Assembly: GCA_037379345.1 (NCBI GenBank) | Contig: CM074523.1 | Location: 24,954,995-25,018,994, forward strand | Length of the DNA stretch: 64,000 nt | Reading direction: 5' to 3' | Origin: Perna viridis | Lineage: Eukaryota | Shown here: positions 25,101 to 40,100 of the stretch, piece by piece | Layout of the letters: each line of letters opens with the position of its first letter | How positions within the stretch are numbered: the first letter of the stretch is position 1 | The notes under the pieces: generated by a model | The model's input: only the letters and a program-made list of their open reading frames with translations | What the model was told of the DNA's origin: nothing | Database searches by the model: none | Translations under genes and position numbers: made by a program

Positions 25101-28100
25101 ATTTATAAAACACAAGATCATACACGATCAATTAGTCACACTTTAACACCTTCCTTGCCTTTTTAAATACACATACATGTTTAAAAAAAGTATTTAATCA
25201 ATGCTCTATCATCGAACACCAAACCTATCATTTAATTAGACCAAACACAAATTCCTAATAAAAATACCGTTGTATGCAAAATAGACATAATCACTCAGGC
25301 ATAAATTTTTACCTTTCCATCAGGTCGGGAAAAATCAATCAAATATTTATATGAGATATGAATGAAGTTACAAGAACTTCATCAATCGATTTTGTATATA
25401 GTTGAAGTCCATTAGTATTTGTAATGGATTAGTCGTACATTACAATTGAAATTTACGCTTTATTTAAACTTTGAACTGTCAATAACAAATATATCATTCT
25501 AATGCTGACGGTGATTATTTCTTGTGGAAGGCAACAAAGAAATTTTGAAGTGGAGAAGTCAACAAACAATACTTAAAACAACGACAGATTTGAAATTAAC
25601 CTTTTTATAGAAATAAGACAAAGAAACCTGTGGTATGCTACCTTTTCAGAGCCGGATCCAGACACTTTGAAAAGTGGGGATGGGCTGCCAGCTGAGAATT
25701 CTCAGAAAAAGAGGTGCTAAGGCATTATTTGCCAGTTTTCGTCAATTTTACAAATAAAAATGACAAATTTTCCAATAGAAGGACGGTGCCAATCTCCTGC
25801 ACACCCTCTGGATCTGCCACTGCTTTCAAAGACTGAAAATAAAGTCCAGAGTTCCGATTCACATTGAAAACTAAAATTGTCCATTTACCACCTGCATCAG
25901 ATACTATAGAGTATTGTTTATAAAGGTGATCCATGACAACTTCAGAGATACATAAATGCATAAAACGCATCATATGCCAATCTGGAACTGAAAACCGATA
26001 CAGAACTGACAAATAGGTACTTCCAATATTCCTTAGGTTACGAATTTCAAAAAAAAAACATTCCACGGAAGTCGAGAAATCATTTCTCAAGGAACATTTC
26101 ACTGGCTTCTTTACCTGATTTCAAAAAATTGTGCCTGACAATTGGGAATTTTCCTCCCTTTTGGGAAAAATATTTTTCAACATTTTGCATAATGGCCATG
26201 GAGCATAAAAAAGCTTCCCATTTCAAATACAGTTAATGGTCAAGCTTTAGATTGTCATTTTGAGTGTTCCCTACTTGTGTGTTTCAATACTTTGTACTTG
26301 CATAATCGATTCATATTTTACAATCCTTGCTATTGTATTGATAATTAAAACTGTTAATTTTTTTCTTCTATGAGTTTACTGTTCTAGTTTCTGACACCTA
26401 GTGACAGAAATGAATCACAGATATAAAATTTAATAGTATAGGAAGATCGGCATTAAAAAAAACTTTATCGGTAGAAGTGTTCAGTTTTTGAAAGCAACAG
26501 CCCAGACTAAGACATGTCAGACATTTAAAATACACAAATTGGACTTCAAACCATTATGGTCTACACCACCCTTGTTTGAGAAGTGTGACATCATTGATAT
26601 GATTCAGTCTAAGGTTAATTGAACCAAAAGGAAATTACAAAGAATTGAGACCAAAAGAACAGTGAAAAAAGAAACAAATAAAAAATCCTATAAACAGACA
26701 GACAGAAATGCATACAATGTATTTCTGCCTAGGTTTTTGACAAAGCAAAAGGTCCCAAACAACAAATATAAATATATATATATAAACATTCAGCAAAAGC
26801 TTATACGCTTGCTATACAAATCAAATCTAAACCCTATGGAAATTCACTCTGTATATCATGGCATACCTTTCTAAATGAATACTCCTATAAAATTACATGT
26901 CGAACAATGCCTACAAGGCTGAAGATTATGTCAAACCAGTATTAATGACAGATTTGAGCCTTATTCATCTAATTTTCTATGCTTTTTTAAAATATATACA
27001 CACAAATTGCATAAGAAAAAAATAATCCCTTAAGCAAATATCTAAATATAAATTTAACCAAGCTTGACATGCTCATTTGAAAGGCATGACAAAGATTGCT
27101 AGCAATATTGTGCAAGCTTACAATACCACATTCTCCCTTCATTTTAAAACTGCAGTGATAAATTTGAAATTCTGTTCTCACATTTCAATGGCCCTCCTTC
27201 GATTTGAAAGAGACATGCAATACAGCTTAACAGAACAGAGATTAACACTTGACACTGCCATCCCAAAGCTGTAAAAGTGTATCCCTGTGACCTTGACCTT
27301 TAAACTATGACCATAAAAATCAATTACCTTGACCTTTGACATAAAATAATCGATAGAGTTATAGATAATCCAAAGGACTACCAGTATATATGTATAACTA
27401 AAAAATAATAAGAAAGCTAGGATACTCCTTAAATTACAATTTGCACACGGACAGATTTGTAAATCAGCTCAAATTTGTGTATGTCTATAGTTCATTAATG
27501 CGACAATATTGACCTGAATATTAGTAAAAATACATTGAAAACTACAAATCTACAAAGCACTGTGTAGTAAACCATTGGCTGACTACACAAGATCTGGGGA
27601 ATTTATAGGAGTAAGCCAAGAATGGTGAAAACTAATTGAGGAATTGTACAATATGGTAGGATAACAGTGATTTTGTTCCTTGTTTAAAAAACAGCCATTT
27701 CACACAGAAGTTTTTGCCATATTTTCAACACATTGGGAAAATATGGTACGGTGGACAGAAACGCATCATATGCCAATCTGGAACTGAAAACTGATACCGA
27801 ACTGACAATTATGTACTCCCAATATTCATTAGGTTGCAACTTGCAAAAAAAAAATTTCCAGAAAGTGAAGAAAGTCAAGAAATCACTTCTCGAGGAACAT
27901 TTCACTGGCTTCTTTACCTGGTTTCAAAAAATTATGCCTAACAATTGGAAATTTTCCTACCTTTGGGAAAAATATTTTTCAACATTTTGGAAAAAGTCTC
28001 CAGGGGAAACAGCCAATATTGGGCCGCAATAAGAGGGTAACAAAATCCCTGGAAAAGACATACTTTATCCCCTTTGCAACTTGCAAGAGGATAAATGTAG

Positions 28101-31100
28101 ACTTCAACACACACTAAAACATGATTAAAACAACAAGATTGACTATTTTGTATTTAGGCTATATGCTGGTGAAATTTTTTGCATTTCACCTTCTATGAGG
28201 TCAAAAATCAATTAAAATAGGAAACCCCCTCTATCATGGGTAAATTTGATATCATGCTGATTTCCGTGTATTTCAGTCTATTAACAAAAGTACAACATGT
28301 AAATCTCACCCTATGCACCATTAAATAGTGATAAAAGTGCATTTACTGTAATTTAAACCATTTATTTTGTTGAGACTTGTTTAGTTATGTAAAATAACAA
28401 CATATCACACCCACCTAACTTACCAATAATAAGGAAATTAGTATTTCACAAACCTACCTACCAGAATTATTATAGCAAGGAAAAAAGTAAACTTCGTGGA
28501 ATAGAGTTGGTCCTCCCTAGCTTACATGAAAATTATCTGAGGAACATTTACCGGACACCAAGAGATTTAAACTTTCTTTCAAATTTAGAAAATGATAAAA
28601 AGTTGCAATTTCTCTGTTAATGTTTTGACTAATGTAGCAATGATTCAAATTAGTGTAGGTCTAATGTCCTGAATGCTCCATTCCTGATTCAAGACTTTAC
28701 AAAAATCACATACACACTGCAGGTGGACTTTGACCTTCACTACACTGAAGACAACCTTTGGTTTTCATCAGATGGATTTTTTACTCTACCTAAGTCCAGG
28801 ATCTTTAAGACTCAAAAGCTAATAACTGGAACCGCTGCATAAAATGACACTAATTTTGTACTAATTAAGTCAACAACTGAAGGAATGTTAATATGGTACA
28901 TCAGTGCCAATTTTCATGATGGCATTACCAGATTTTTAAGGGGAAAAAAAGATTCAAAACAAGTCAATCCTTGAATATGAGGAAGAGCCAAAGATTAAAG
29001 ATGGCAGAATTGGCACCCCAACCTTCCTAAAATTGGAAACAAATGCATCACAAGTGAATTGAATTGAAAGCATGAAGCTTACTGCCTGATCCAAGCAATG
29101 TTTCAATCAAAGAGAGTTGAAAGTGTATAAAAATTAAGACACATACATTTATAGATAGATATGTTGACCACCATGAACTTTGATATTAAAAAAAAACTTC
29201 TTCAAGAACTTCAAGCCCCCTAGTCCAAGCATCCTCATCTTCCCCCTCCCATAACCAAACTCAACCAATACTCAAACCCCCTAGTCCCAGCATCCTCATC
29301 TTACCCCTCCCACAACCAAACTTAACCAATACTCAAGCCCCCTAGTCCCAGCATCCTCATCTTACCCCTCTATAACCAAACAACCAATATTCAAGCCCTC
29401 TAGTCCCAGCACCGTTACCTTCCTCCTCCTATAACCAAACTTAACCTAAACTTTATGAAAATATCAATGTCTGTGAAAGAACTCCTACATACCTTATTCT
29501 TAATTTCTACATAGTGGAGTGGCTCATCCTTAAAGACATTCACATATGAACATTTTTAAAAGTCCAACCAATAACATAAATCAAACAACAACAACAATGC
29601 AAAAATCCTAAAAACACCACATTTCTGTATATCTTTCTCAATAAAACATCGGATTACATCATCACACATAAATAAATTCTTATACAGTCATAGTCCTAAC
29701 ACTAGTTATAGCAAATTACATTATAGGAAATCAATACATTCATTTCTTACAACTCTCCACTTCAATTCATTTCTGTCAAAATATCAGAAAATGCATATTT
29801 CTTACAAAATTCTACAAGACGAACTTTGATCAACTTATATCATCTATTAACTTGGCAACCGCGTCTTTCAATAACGTTGTTTACAAAATTTTCTGTGACA
29901 AATTGTAATCATAAAGAAACCATAGAAGACTTACTTCTGTCGAAACACTAGTAATTTGTCACCAATTTTTTATGTCTTGGCAATTATCTCGGATAATTGT
30001 GAAAGTTTAAAAATAGAAAGAAGCATGAAAGCAATTATGTCTACTTTGAGACCTAAAAATCTTCACAAATTGTCATAAGAAAATAAACATTCTAAAATCT
30101 TCAATATTTTATTATCATGCTGGAAGGATATGCTATTGTTTTTTTTTTCAAATTTATATACTTGTTTCAAGGTAACTTCATGATAAACGTGACCTAGGTA
30201 TTGCATAAAAAAATGCACGAGATAAATTTTCTGTCCAAATTAGCATTCTTTTTAATAACTTGCAAAAAGTGAATATTTTAAGTCACATAGCCAGTAGTTT
30301 TTAGACCAACTGAAGTTAACCATTTAATTTGCTGTAACTTATTTTAAAATTTGAGACCAGACCTTTAATTACAAGTAAGAGAAATTCAAGAAAAAACAAT
30401 TCTCTTCAAGAAACTGGAAAAATGAAAGTAAAGATGACACAGCATTTCATATCTTTCAAGGGCAGATTCAGGCGGGGCATGGCAGGTGTGCCCCCTCCCC
30501 TAAAGTTTGCAAAGTATGGGTTGTCAGGGGTAGATTGAGGCGGTTTTAGATTGAAACTTAAATTTCTCACCAATTTTACCACAAAAGATATCTACATTGC
30601 ACCCACTCTAGAATAACATTTCAAAAATTTAACCTCTGCTCTGCGAAAATTTTAACTGTGCCACCCTTAATCTAAAATCCTGGATTCGCCCCTGTCTTTC
30701 AACCCTTTTTGTAAGGGTGGGTAAAAAGACAACCTTGCAGCTTAATACATGTATTCCCTGAGACTCCCTACATGAAAAATGTATGATTAGCACTGAAGAA
30801 TTGATTCATAAAAATGAGTGTGAAAATCATATGGTATTTTCATTTTTCATCTCTTCGCCTGACTTTTTTAGCAAGGTAAGGAAGGGGATTATATTCTGAA
30901 AAAATCCTCCTACCATTAATAACCGATTTTAACCTGTTCTAACAGTTCGTAACACTTTTTTTACTTCTAAGAGGGGGTTTCTTGAAATGCACCCCTTATT
31001 CGCCAACCACAAAGGCAATACTTCATGTTTTAAAAAAATAGTCTACTCTTTTTATATGTTTTTGGAAAATATATTATTTCAAAATATGCATCAATAAAAA

Positions 31101-34100
31101 CCAATTTTCTTCCATATTGGTTCAAAACATGTCATTGCAGAAGTTGCAACTTTCCTTGACATCTATACTGTATGAATAAGTCTTCAGACTTACGTGTTTT
31201 GAATATTACGAACACAAACTTCTGCAAAAATTTCTTCAACCACTAATTTTCCTTCCTGCCTTCATTTTTTTGAAATTTTCCACATTTTGGGTTCGAAAGC
31301 TCCATGAAGAGAAAACTATATTACTGGAATACCATATAATCAGAAAAAAAAAAAACAGAAATGGTATTGAAAGCTTATTTTTTCTTTGTATGACCTGAAA
31401 TTGACATTACAAAATCCTCGTCTATACTGGTCAATTAAGGTGAAGGCAAAATTTCCTACAATGGTCTACGATCCAAGACACCAACAATGCTAATAAAACC
31501 AACAAAAAGATCAAAATCATAATGTTTACCTTTTTTTCCTTATCATGGACGTGGTCATGCAAATCGGTGCCAATTTTAAAAGTTTTAAAACAAGGTATCA
31601 TTTACAACTTTATTGTTCCACTGATATTCCAGGGGCCAATACATGATGTGATGTACATTTTAGTGCAGAATGTTCTTCAAAATTTTGTATTAGGTCCAAA
31701 ATAAGATTGGATGCACCAACTGTTCTTTCAACTTTTATATAAACCTTTTACCAACCCTGGATATTACTTTTGTGTGATTTCATATCATTTACAACAAAAA
31801 TTTTTCTCAAATCTAGATTTGTATTGTGTGGTCCTTATATATACATGACCAAAGCCATGTTTAGAATTCTACCATTAAAAGGTCAGCAATCAGGTCATCA
31901 CCAAGTCACAACAGTAGACTGTCCAAAAAGGGATAAAGTCATTCATATAAATATATTTACACAAGATTAACATATATCATAGAAGTAAAGGCACCTGTTC
32001 GACCTCAATATTTAAACCATGGACTTAAGGGAAACCAACTATAACCACTGTTAGTAAAATAAGTTTTGTGGTTTCTTGGACTAAAGGTAATGTCTAGTAA
32101 AAAATTTCGGGTCCAGGAATAAATCCAGTGTTTTCACTATTTTTTCTCCTAAAAGGTCAAATAAAAATTTGAACAGGACAAATTTATCAATAATTCTTAA
32201 TTAAATGATATGTAATTTTTTTCCACTTGAACCCGCCAGTCAGGTGTTTGAAGCATGCAAATTGGCCTCATGACTGATCCTAATAAAAACAATGATAAAT
32301 CTTTGATACACTGGATGGCTTGTAACATGAATATATATCAGATGTGTAATGGAAGCATTCAATTATAGTTCAAAATGCATCATAAAAATCTCTCTGTCAA
32401 TTCTGCTCTTCTTTTTGTGGACATAATTACGGTAAACTTTCTAAAATAGGAACAAAACCAAGTGTGTCCATGAATATCACAATTCTTCTTTAAAAAAGAG
32501 AATTCGGTTAATTGGCAAGATACAGTTTGTGCTTAAAAAAAGTTGGTTTATGACAGATATGTACACTATGGAAACATGACAAAACATCAGAGAACATTTA
32601 TCATATAAATGATATGATTAAGCAATACAAAACCGGAAATCTGGGATCAGGACCCATTTTCCATGAAACCAACAAATATCTAACTTTGTCATGGACACAA
32701 TACTTGAGGTAAATTATGCATACATGTACATGTATGTATCACATGTATGGTAAAAAACAAAATTTATCATTTTTATCCAGAATATTTTGTTTATTACCAT
32801 TCTATCACACAGATAGTAACATTTGAAGATAAATTTTGAATTCTAATCAAAAATCAAATTTGTACATGTATAAGTAATTGTTGCAATAGAAAACAATATT
32901 GAAGAGGTACATGTATAATCTACACAGTGAAGCCTGTCTAAACGAAATGCTAAATCCAAAAAACTTACTAAACCAGGCATCTTTTAAAGTCCTTTTATAT
33001 CAGTTTGAATATATTTTGAACCTTGGTAAACTGAACACCTGTCTTATCTGAACCAATTATAAAGTTCAAAAGAGGTTTGGTTGGGACAGGGATTTCACAT
33101 CCAAAAGGGGTTCGCTTTGGACAGATTTCATTGAAATATGTCTAGGCTTAAAAACTCCCTGAAATGTTTTTCGCCTTTCTATTTAAAACTTGATCTTTCC
33201 CAAAAAAGCCTTATTAAGAGACTGTCCATTTAGAAACCAGGCAGTTCCTATTGTATGGATGGCAGATGGTAAATTTTATCAAACGGAATATTTGTTCCAA
33301 TGTTTACATCATTTGTATGTCCAATAGTACAAAGATTTTTTTTTTATCAAAAATGGATGGCTCTGAAAATGATTAAACAGTTTCCTTAGAAAGCAACAAA
33401 ATTTTGCAATATGAATCAGTTATCTCCCTTTTTCAATGAAATTCAATGCTTTCTAAGTAATTTATTTCTCTTCAACTTTTGCAGGTATACCAAGGGTAAG
33501 GGACACAATTCTTGAAATCAGTGATATGTTTGTATCATATTCAATTTCACTAAAGCCTTTCAAGCTTTCCTTTGAAACAGAAAGAAATCAGTCCAAGTTA
33601 CTTTGATGCTTAAATGGAATTGATGTAAAATGGTGAAGATTCAATTTTGAGAAAGGATGCATTTAAAACAAAAGTTGTCATGTGCCTGGTATTTGTGTGG
33701 ACACTCTCTTGAAGCTGAACTCCAAGAGCAGTAGTAACAAAATATTGTTTGGACAATCAAATCCAATCTATTCACTTGGGCCTTCCAAGAATACCTGTAC
33801 CAACCAAGCATCATCATTTTTCTTAGCATGACATAACCATACATGTATATAACGAACAAAACCCTTTCCTCTCCATATGACAGTTCACCTGAATCACAAA
33901 CAGCCAAAAGATCATTTTTTAATCATCCTATAAATTCCCTGTAATCAAAATATCAATATGTTAAATGACAATACAGATAATTATCCCACCCAATACACAA
34001 AACTATTATTAGTGTATTGGATACAACATCAAAGGATTAAGGATCAGGTTTAAGGTTACATGAAAATATTTTTCAAAGAGTTTACAATCAGATCTTATAA

Positions 34101-37100
34101 ACAGACTTCAAACTAGGGTCAATGATCTCATGCACAAGCTCCAAAATTATTTCTGTGATTTTCCCTTGACTGTTGCAGTGTTCTAGGATTTTTCAGAAAT
34201 TGAGGTTTCCTCGGGAAAAATCCATATAAAATCAACTTTTCCACAGTCACTGACTGCTTTCCTAACAAAACAAATCCTTACAGCATATGAAGTTTTCAAC
34301 TTGCCACGGGAAAGTGTAACTGAGTACCTAACTTTCCCTGATCCAAATTTCACTTGCCCGGGTAACGGGAAATAGGAATCCTAGAACACTGCTGTTGGGG
34401 GAAGGGGCCTACAGACCACACAATTGGGAAAATCTGGATGACAAAATGATACAGTGGGGAGATTATACAAATCTCCATTTTAATCATGTACAAATCATGA
34501 AAAGACCGATGTTTCAAGTCACAATAAGGAATTCCACTAATGAAATTTGGGCTATTTTGAACTTATCTCTCTTTTGGAATTTGGCCCAAATTCGGACCCA
34601 AAATAACAGTTGGCAAGACATTAAAGAAAATTTCATTGAGGCTAGAATTATAAGCAGTAAATGGAACAAACGAGACAAAATATTTGTTATAGACAAACCA
34701 CCTGACAGGGAAATACATGTAAGTACCCTAAATTAAGCACAAATGCAAAACAAACTTCAAAGGGTTACAGATCAGGTGCACATCAAAGAATATGAGATAT
34801 ATTTTGCACCTACCTTTGTTTATACACATACCAAGTACAAATTGACCAAGGAGAAATGTACACTGTAAATGTACTTTTACAATGATGAATGGGCCATGAC
34901 TTTGTCATCTAATGTGATACAGAGATAAAATGTTTTACACCATACACAGTAATCCAGTCATAAAACGGCCATAACTTAGTTGTCTGGTGTTGTTTACATT
35001 ATTACTTAACTCATCTTTTTTTTTAATTCACTACATCCCTCCCTTCTTTTTATTCTCATCTATTAAATATCAGTCTTTAAAAAAAAATCAGACAGGAGAT
35101 GATTTATGCATGCAAAAAACCACCAAATTCACTTTTATTTCTTATTTAGAATTATTTATTTTAAATTACATAGATTGTACATGAAATTAGCACTTTGCAA
35201 GAGTTATCGTTCTTGACTTTTTTCGATTTGGTTGATATTAGTTGGAGATAAATTATAATTTTCTCAAAAGTATAGATCTGAATATAAATAGGATAACTGA
35301 TACCTAAAAATATTGCATATGTAGACTAAAAAAAGGATTATTCGTTCGGTAGGTTTTTCTTCACCATGAATCACTTTGATATGGACAGTGTCTGAATTTT
35401 ATATGTACTGGTACAACATTTGCTTTTGGCATAAGTACTTAGTGTTTATGAACCACTAAGCATCCAGCAGAATAATTATAGAGACACCATGTACCTAAAT
35501 ATTTTGCCATAAAAATAACAACCTGCCATACAATGTATGCTAGAGAATGGGTAGATCAGGGTAAACAAATTTGTATTTTCAGACAGACCTAGGGATATGA
35601 GCCAAAATTAACGAAAATTCCCTTTTATGTGGTATACACAGGCAAAATTATTTCACACGATTTTCACCAAATTGAGCAAAAAAAATTATGACAGAGTTCA
35701 TGTGAAATTCAGATGAATTGAACCTTCGTGTGAAATTCACATGAATTGTTCACATGAAAATTGTGTTAAGTGAATTTCAAGTGAAAATCATGTTAATTTC
35801 AAGTGAAGTTCATGTGAATTTCAATCATCATGAATTTTACCTGAAAAATATATGCATGTCTTTCATGATAGAATTGTCCTAAAATCTAATTATTCTTTCA
35901 CTAAAAACAATATTATTTTAGCAATTAAATGAAATCTTGAGTAAACTTAACAAGACATAATAGCAACAGGAAATTAGCAAACTTAGTATCACAGAAAAAT
36001 ACTTCCTTAATACCTGTTCAATGTGCTACAGCACATCCAACTTTTGAAAAAAAAACAATGAAGAAATTCAAACCTTAATAATGATAATGAAATCCAATAC
36101 TGTTTCCCCCATAACAATCTGGCTTCCTAATAAACTCAATAAATAATTCAATCCATATTATAAGATTTTTGCTATACAGTGAATCCTGCAAGAACAGAAC
36201 CTTAAAATAATTAACCTGTCTACAATATAAACTTTATTTCAATTTTAAGTACTTCTCCATCTAAGAATCAGGAAAAGTGCATAAGGTCTGGCACATGAAG
36301 AAAAAAAACCTAGAAATTTTATTGCATTATTCAAGTTTTAATGCCTCATAAATTCCAGAAATATCCATTAAAATGTTAATATGTTTATAAAGTTTGCCTT
36401 TTTAAGACTTTGATAGGTCAAAATTTTGTTAAAAGTACTATGGGGAAAATGGTGGAAAATTTTTCTGTAATTCTTTCTATATAAGCAGTAAAAATATTAT
36501 ATGTCACAGATGCTTCTGGATAAATATCTTAAATAGCTTTTTGTTTATTTTCTAGGTGTATTGAATACAGTACATTTCAGGCAAAAAATGACCTACATAT
36601 AACTGAGAAAAATGATGTGCCACTCATTGCCAGACTCTTCCATAGAATGGTACTTAGAACCTGCACTAACCAAACAACTGCCTTGGGCAAAAAGCTCTCA
36701 ATCCAGTTGTTTCAGTTTAGACTGGTTTTACTGTATTTCTAGGGCATGGAAAAACAAGTTATAGCGTAACCTAGCAATTACAGGTCAATCACTATTATTA
36801 AATGATGTACATTTTCTAGAACAATTCTTATTTACAGGTAGCTAAACAAGTTCAGCTGTACTGCCTAGCAATATCAAGCCCATACTGATGCTCAATTAAT
36901 TTTCTATTTTTTTTTTCAATAATAATCAATAGACTTTTAATTGTTCTCACTATGAACATGGCAGAACTAAACATCAATTTCAAGTCTAATTACTTCCACC
37001 TTCCAGGAATATTTCAATAGTCCATTGTGCAACTTGATAAAGAAACACATTAAACTGTGGAATTGAAACTCAAAACCTTAAATCCTTATTCCTTAGTCCC

Positions 37101-40100
37101 AAAAAGAAGTTGCTTTAAATATTCATTTATGGCACTGCTAAATTAATTACATTAAAGTTCTGGCACTGCTTAATTACTTACAATATACAGCACTTTATCC
37201 AATCCACAACACCATGGTACCAGAAAACTGTGCCAGATTGTATACATGTAGGGTGAAGAAATACACAAGTTAACACCAAAATCACCAATTTAAAGAATAC
37301 CAGTCTAAATTTAAAGAGGGTTATTCAGGTATTGTTGTACCAATTATAGGACTGGTAAAAAGTGTTATATTATACATGTAGTGATTCTGGAATATTCAAG
37401 TGGTTTAAAGAGTATCTACCGTATCAGTTGTAAGACCAACAAAATGTGTCAAAACAGGGTTCTGAAATACTGTAAATGAACTAATTTTCCCAATTTTTGC
37501 GATTGACAAAAAACTGAAAAAATAGTACACTCGAAATTATTTCTAACACTATCTTACACTATTGATATGTATGAAATCGTGAAAATTGATACTCACGAAT
37601 ATGTACACTTGACAGGATCCGCGAAAATTAGCAACTGGGAAATGAATACATTTACAGTACACTGAAGTTAGTTTAGAGAGGTTCCACTGCACAGGACTGA
37701 CCAGAAGTGTCAGATTAGAGAGGTTCCATTGTATCAAATACAGGACTGACCAGAAGTGTCAGATTAGAGAGGTTCCATTGTATCAAATACAGGACTGACC
37801 AGAAGTGTCAGATTAGAAAGGTTCCACTGTATCAAATACAGGACTGACCAAAAGTGTCAGATTAGAGAGGTTCAACTGTATCAAATGCAGGACTGACCAG
37901 TAGTGTCAGATTAAAGAGGTTCAACTGTATCAAATACAGGACTAACCAGTAGTGTCAGATTAGAGAGGTTCCACTGTATCAAATACAGAACTGAATAGAA
38001 GTGTCAAATCAAACAGGCTTCTGGAATTCTAAAGTGTTGGTAAAGAGAGGTTCAACTGTAGCAATTACAGAACGTACAAAAAGTCTGCTTTATAAGGGAT
38101 TCAGGAATAGTCAGATGTTGGAGAACACAGAATTCATAGAATCAATCATAGGACTCACAAAAAATCCACATTATAATGGATTCTGGAATACTAAGGTGTT
38201 GGATAACAGAGGATAAATAGTGTTTTAATTGGAAATTAATTTTAGGTGGTAAACATTCTTAATGCTTTCTTCAAAAACATGCATGCTGCAAATGGTAATT
38301 AAATTTTCAGACCAAATTATTTTCAATTCCCAGAAACTACACGAAATGGATATTAACCTGCAAATATTTAATTCCATTCCAATATTTGAAAAGCAAGAAA
38401 ACAAGTTGCTACATTTTGTATCTAAGCAAGGTCAAGGTTAGTCTGCTTTTACTAACTATTAGACAGATAAAATTCATAAATAATTGATTTTGCTAAATTT
38501 AGTTCTAATCACCATGGCCTGCTAATTGTTTCAAAATTTAATTGTACAATATACAATCCTGAAGCCATAAAGGTTGCTTAGCTAAGCAATTCTTTGCCCC
38601 GATGGGATTTGTATATCATTAAAGAAATTTGATTGCATTACTTTTAAAATGGATCATACAAATGTTGCTTATAAATATTTAATGGTTGGAAATGTGTATG
38701 CTACAAACACAGCAAAATTTTGAATTAAAGCAAAGCAATACGTCTTGTATAATATGGAAGCAGGATATCAGTATTGACAAAAATTTAATTGCTTGAAATT
38801 TGAATAATGATAACATTGTAATACAGTATAAATTCAAAATCAATTTCAAGATACCGGATATATATGACTTCCTAGGATGATCATAATAAATACATGTAAT
38901 TCTTAGCTTTTTTATATAAAGTACATGTATTAAATTGGTTTAAAATGCAACACAATTCACAAGCTTTATACAGTACTACTCAAGTTAGGCTTTCATTTTC
39001 CACACACTCACAGTGGTAGAACTCCTACTTCAAATTTTCTGTTTCGGTAAGACATACATTTTTCTTTTGTTAACTTTCCTTTCATCAGTGGCAACATCCC
39101 TTCGGCTCCTGCGTATGAAGAGTTCATATCACAACTCATACGTTATGCCAGAGCTTGCCGAAACTACACAGACTTTTTGTATCACGCTAGAACTCTAACA
39201 AATAGGCTTCTGGAACAGGGTTATGTTGCTACAAGATTGAAGTCATCACTACAGAAGTTTTATGGTTGTCATAATGAACTCGTGGATCGTTATGATGTAT
39301 CCATCTGCACCATGAAAACTGATGTATTCAACGGGTCATAGTTTTCCTTTCCTCGTTTGTCTACCCCGGACTTGACTTTTTATGAGCAACTTGGCGGGTG
39401 TTTCTAGAAAAGCAGAGGACACTTACCATACCGGTGCACCTGGTCCATGCTCCCAGTTTTTAGTGGAGTCCAAGTTGCTCATTTACTTTTGTTACTTTGT
39501 ATGTATGATTTTAGTTACTTTATGTTCTTTGTTGTGAATGTCTGTTTTCCATGTCTGGTCTTTGTCCCTGGATTACATTCTTTTGATTACCGCTATAACC
39601 TTGGTTCACTTGATTACTCTTTCTCTTTCCACTTGGGCAAGACTAGTATTTTTCATCTTCAAACAGGATGACACTTACATTTTTCCACTCCCTAGAAACT
39701 ATGCAGGAAACCCCAAATGTCATTCAGATATAAAACCAAACAAAACAGGAGGTGCACAATGGCATTATGTGATAATGTGTAAGTGAAAAATGCAACAAAC
39801 ACCAAAACTGTACTGTAAAAACAAGTTGTGTATGTGTAGTAAGTCAGTTTCACTGTTTCTTAGCCATCATTAATTTGGTTCTCTTTCAGCCAGTTTTCAA
39901 TTGAATTCATGAAAGCACATCTATTGATAGAAAGAACCATGTTTACTGGTATTTCTATTTCCTCACACCATGTTGTGGTCAGATACTAACTCTGGACCAT
40001 AAGCAAGTGGATAATGCAACTTGTACACAAACAGTACTGTAACATCAAGTTGTGTACATGAAGCTAGTCAGCACAACTGTCTAACAGCTAAGTCATTATT

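Noticed and set aside
23709-31200. Other donor-like sites at ~23709, 25312, 29934 and 31193
   Set aside because: No ATG-initiated frame in the required phase. They could be non-coding first exons but cannot be supported from sequence alone.
37670-38010. CRISPR-like array (also the arrays at 6614 and 47990)
   Set aside because: No unique spacers, eukaryotic intron context, no cas genes.
39382-39482. SECIS element (starts with ATGA)
   Set aside because: ATGAG pairs Watson-Crick with CTCAT. There is no tandem G-A quartet or SECIS geometry.
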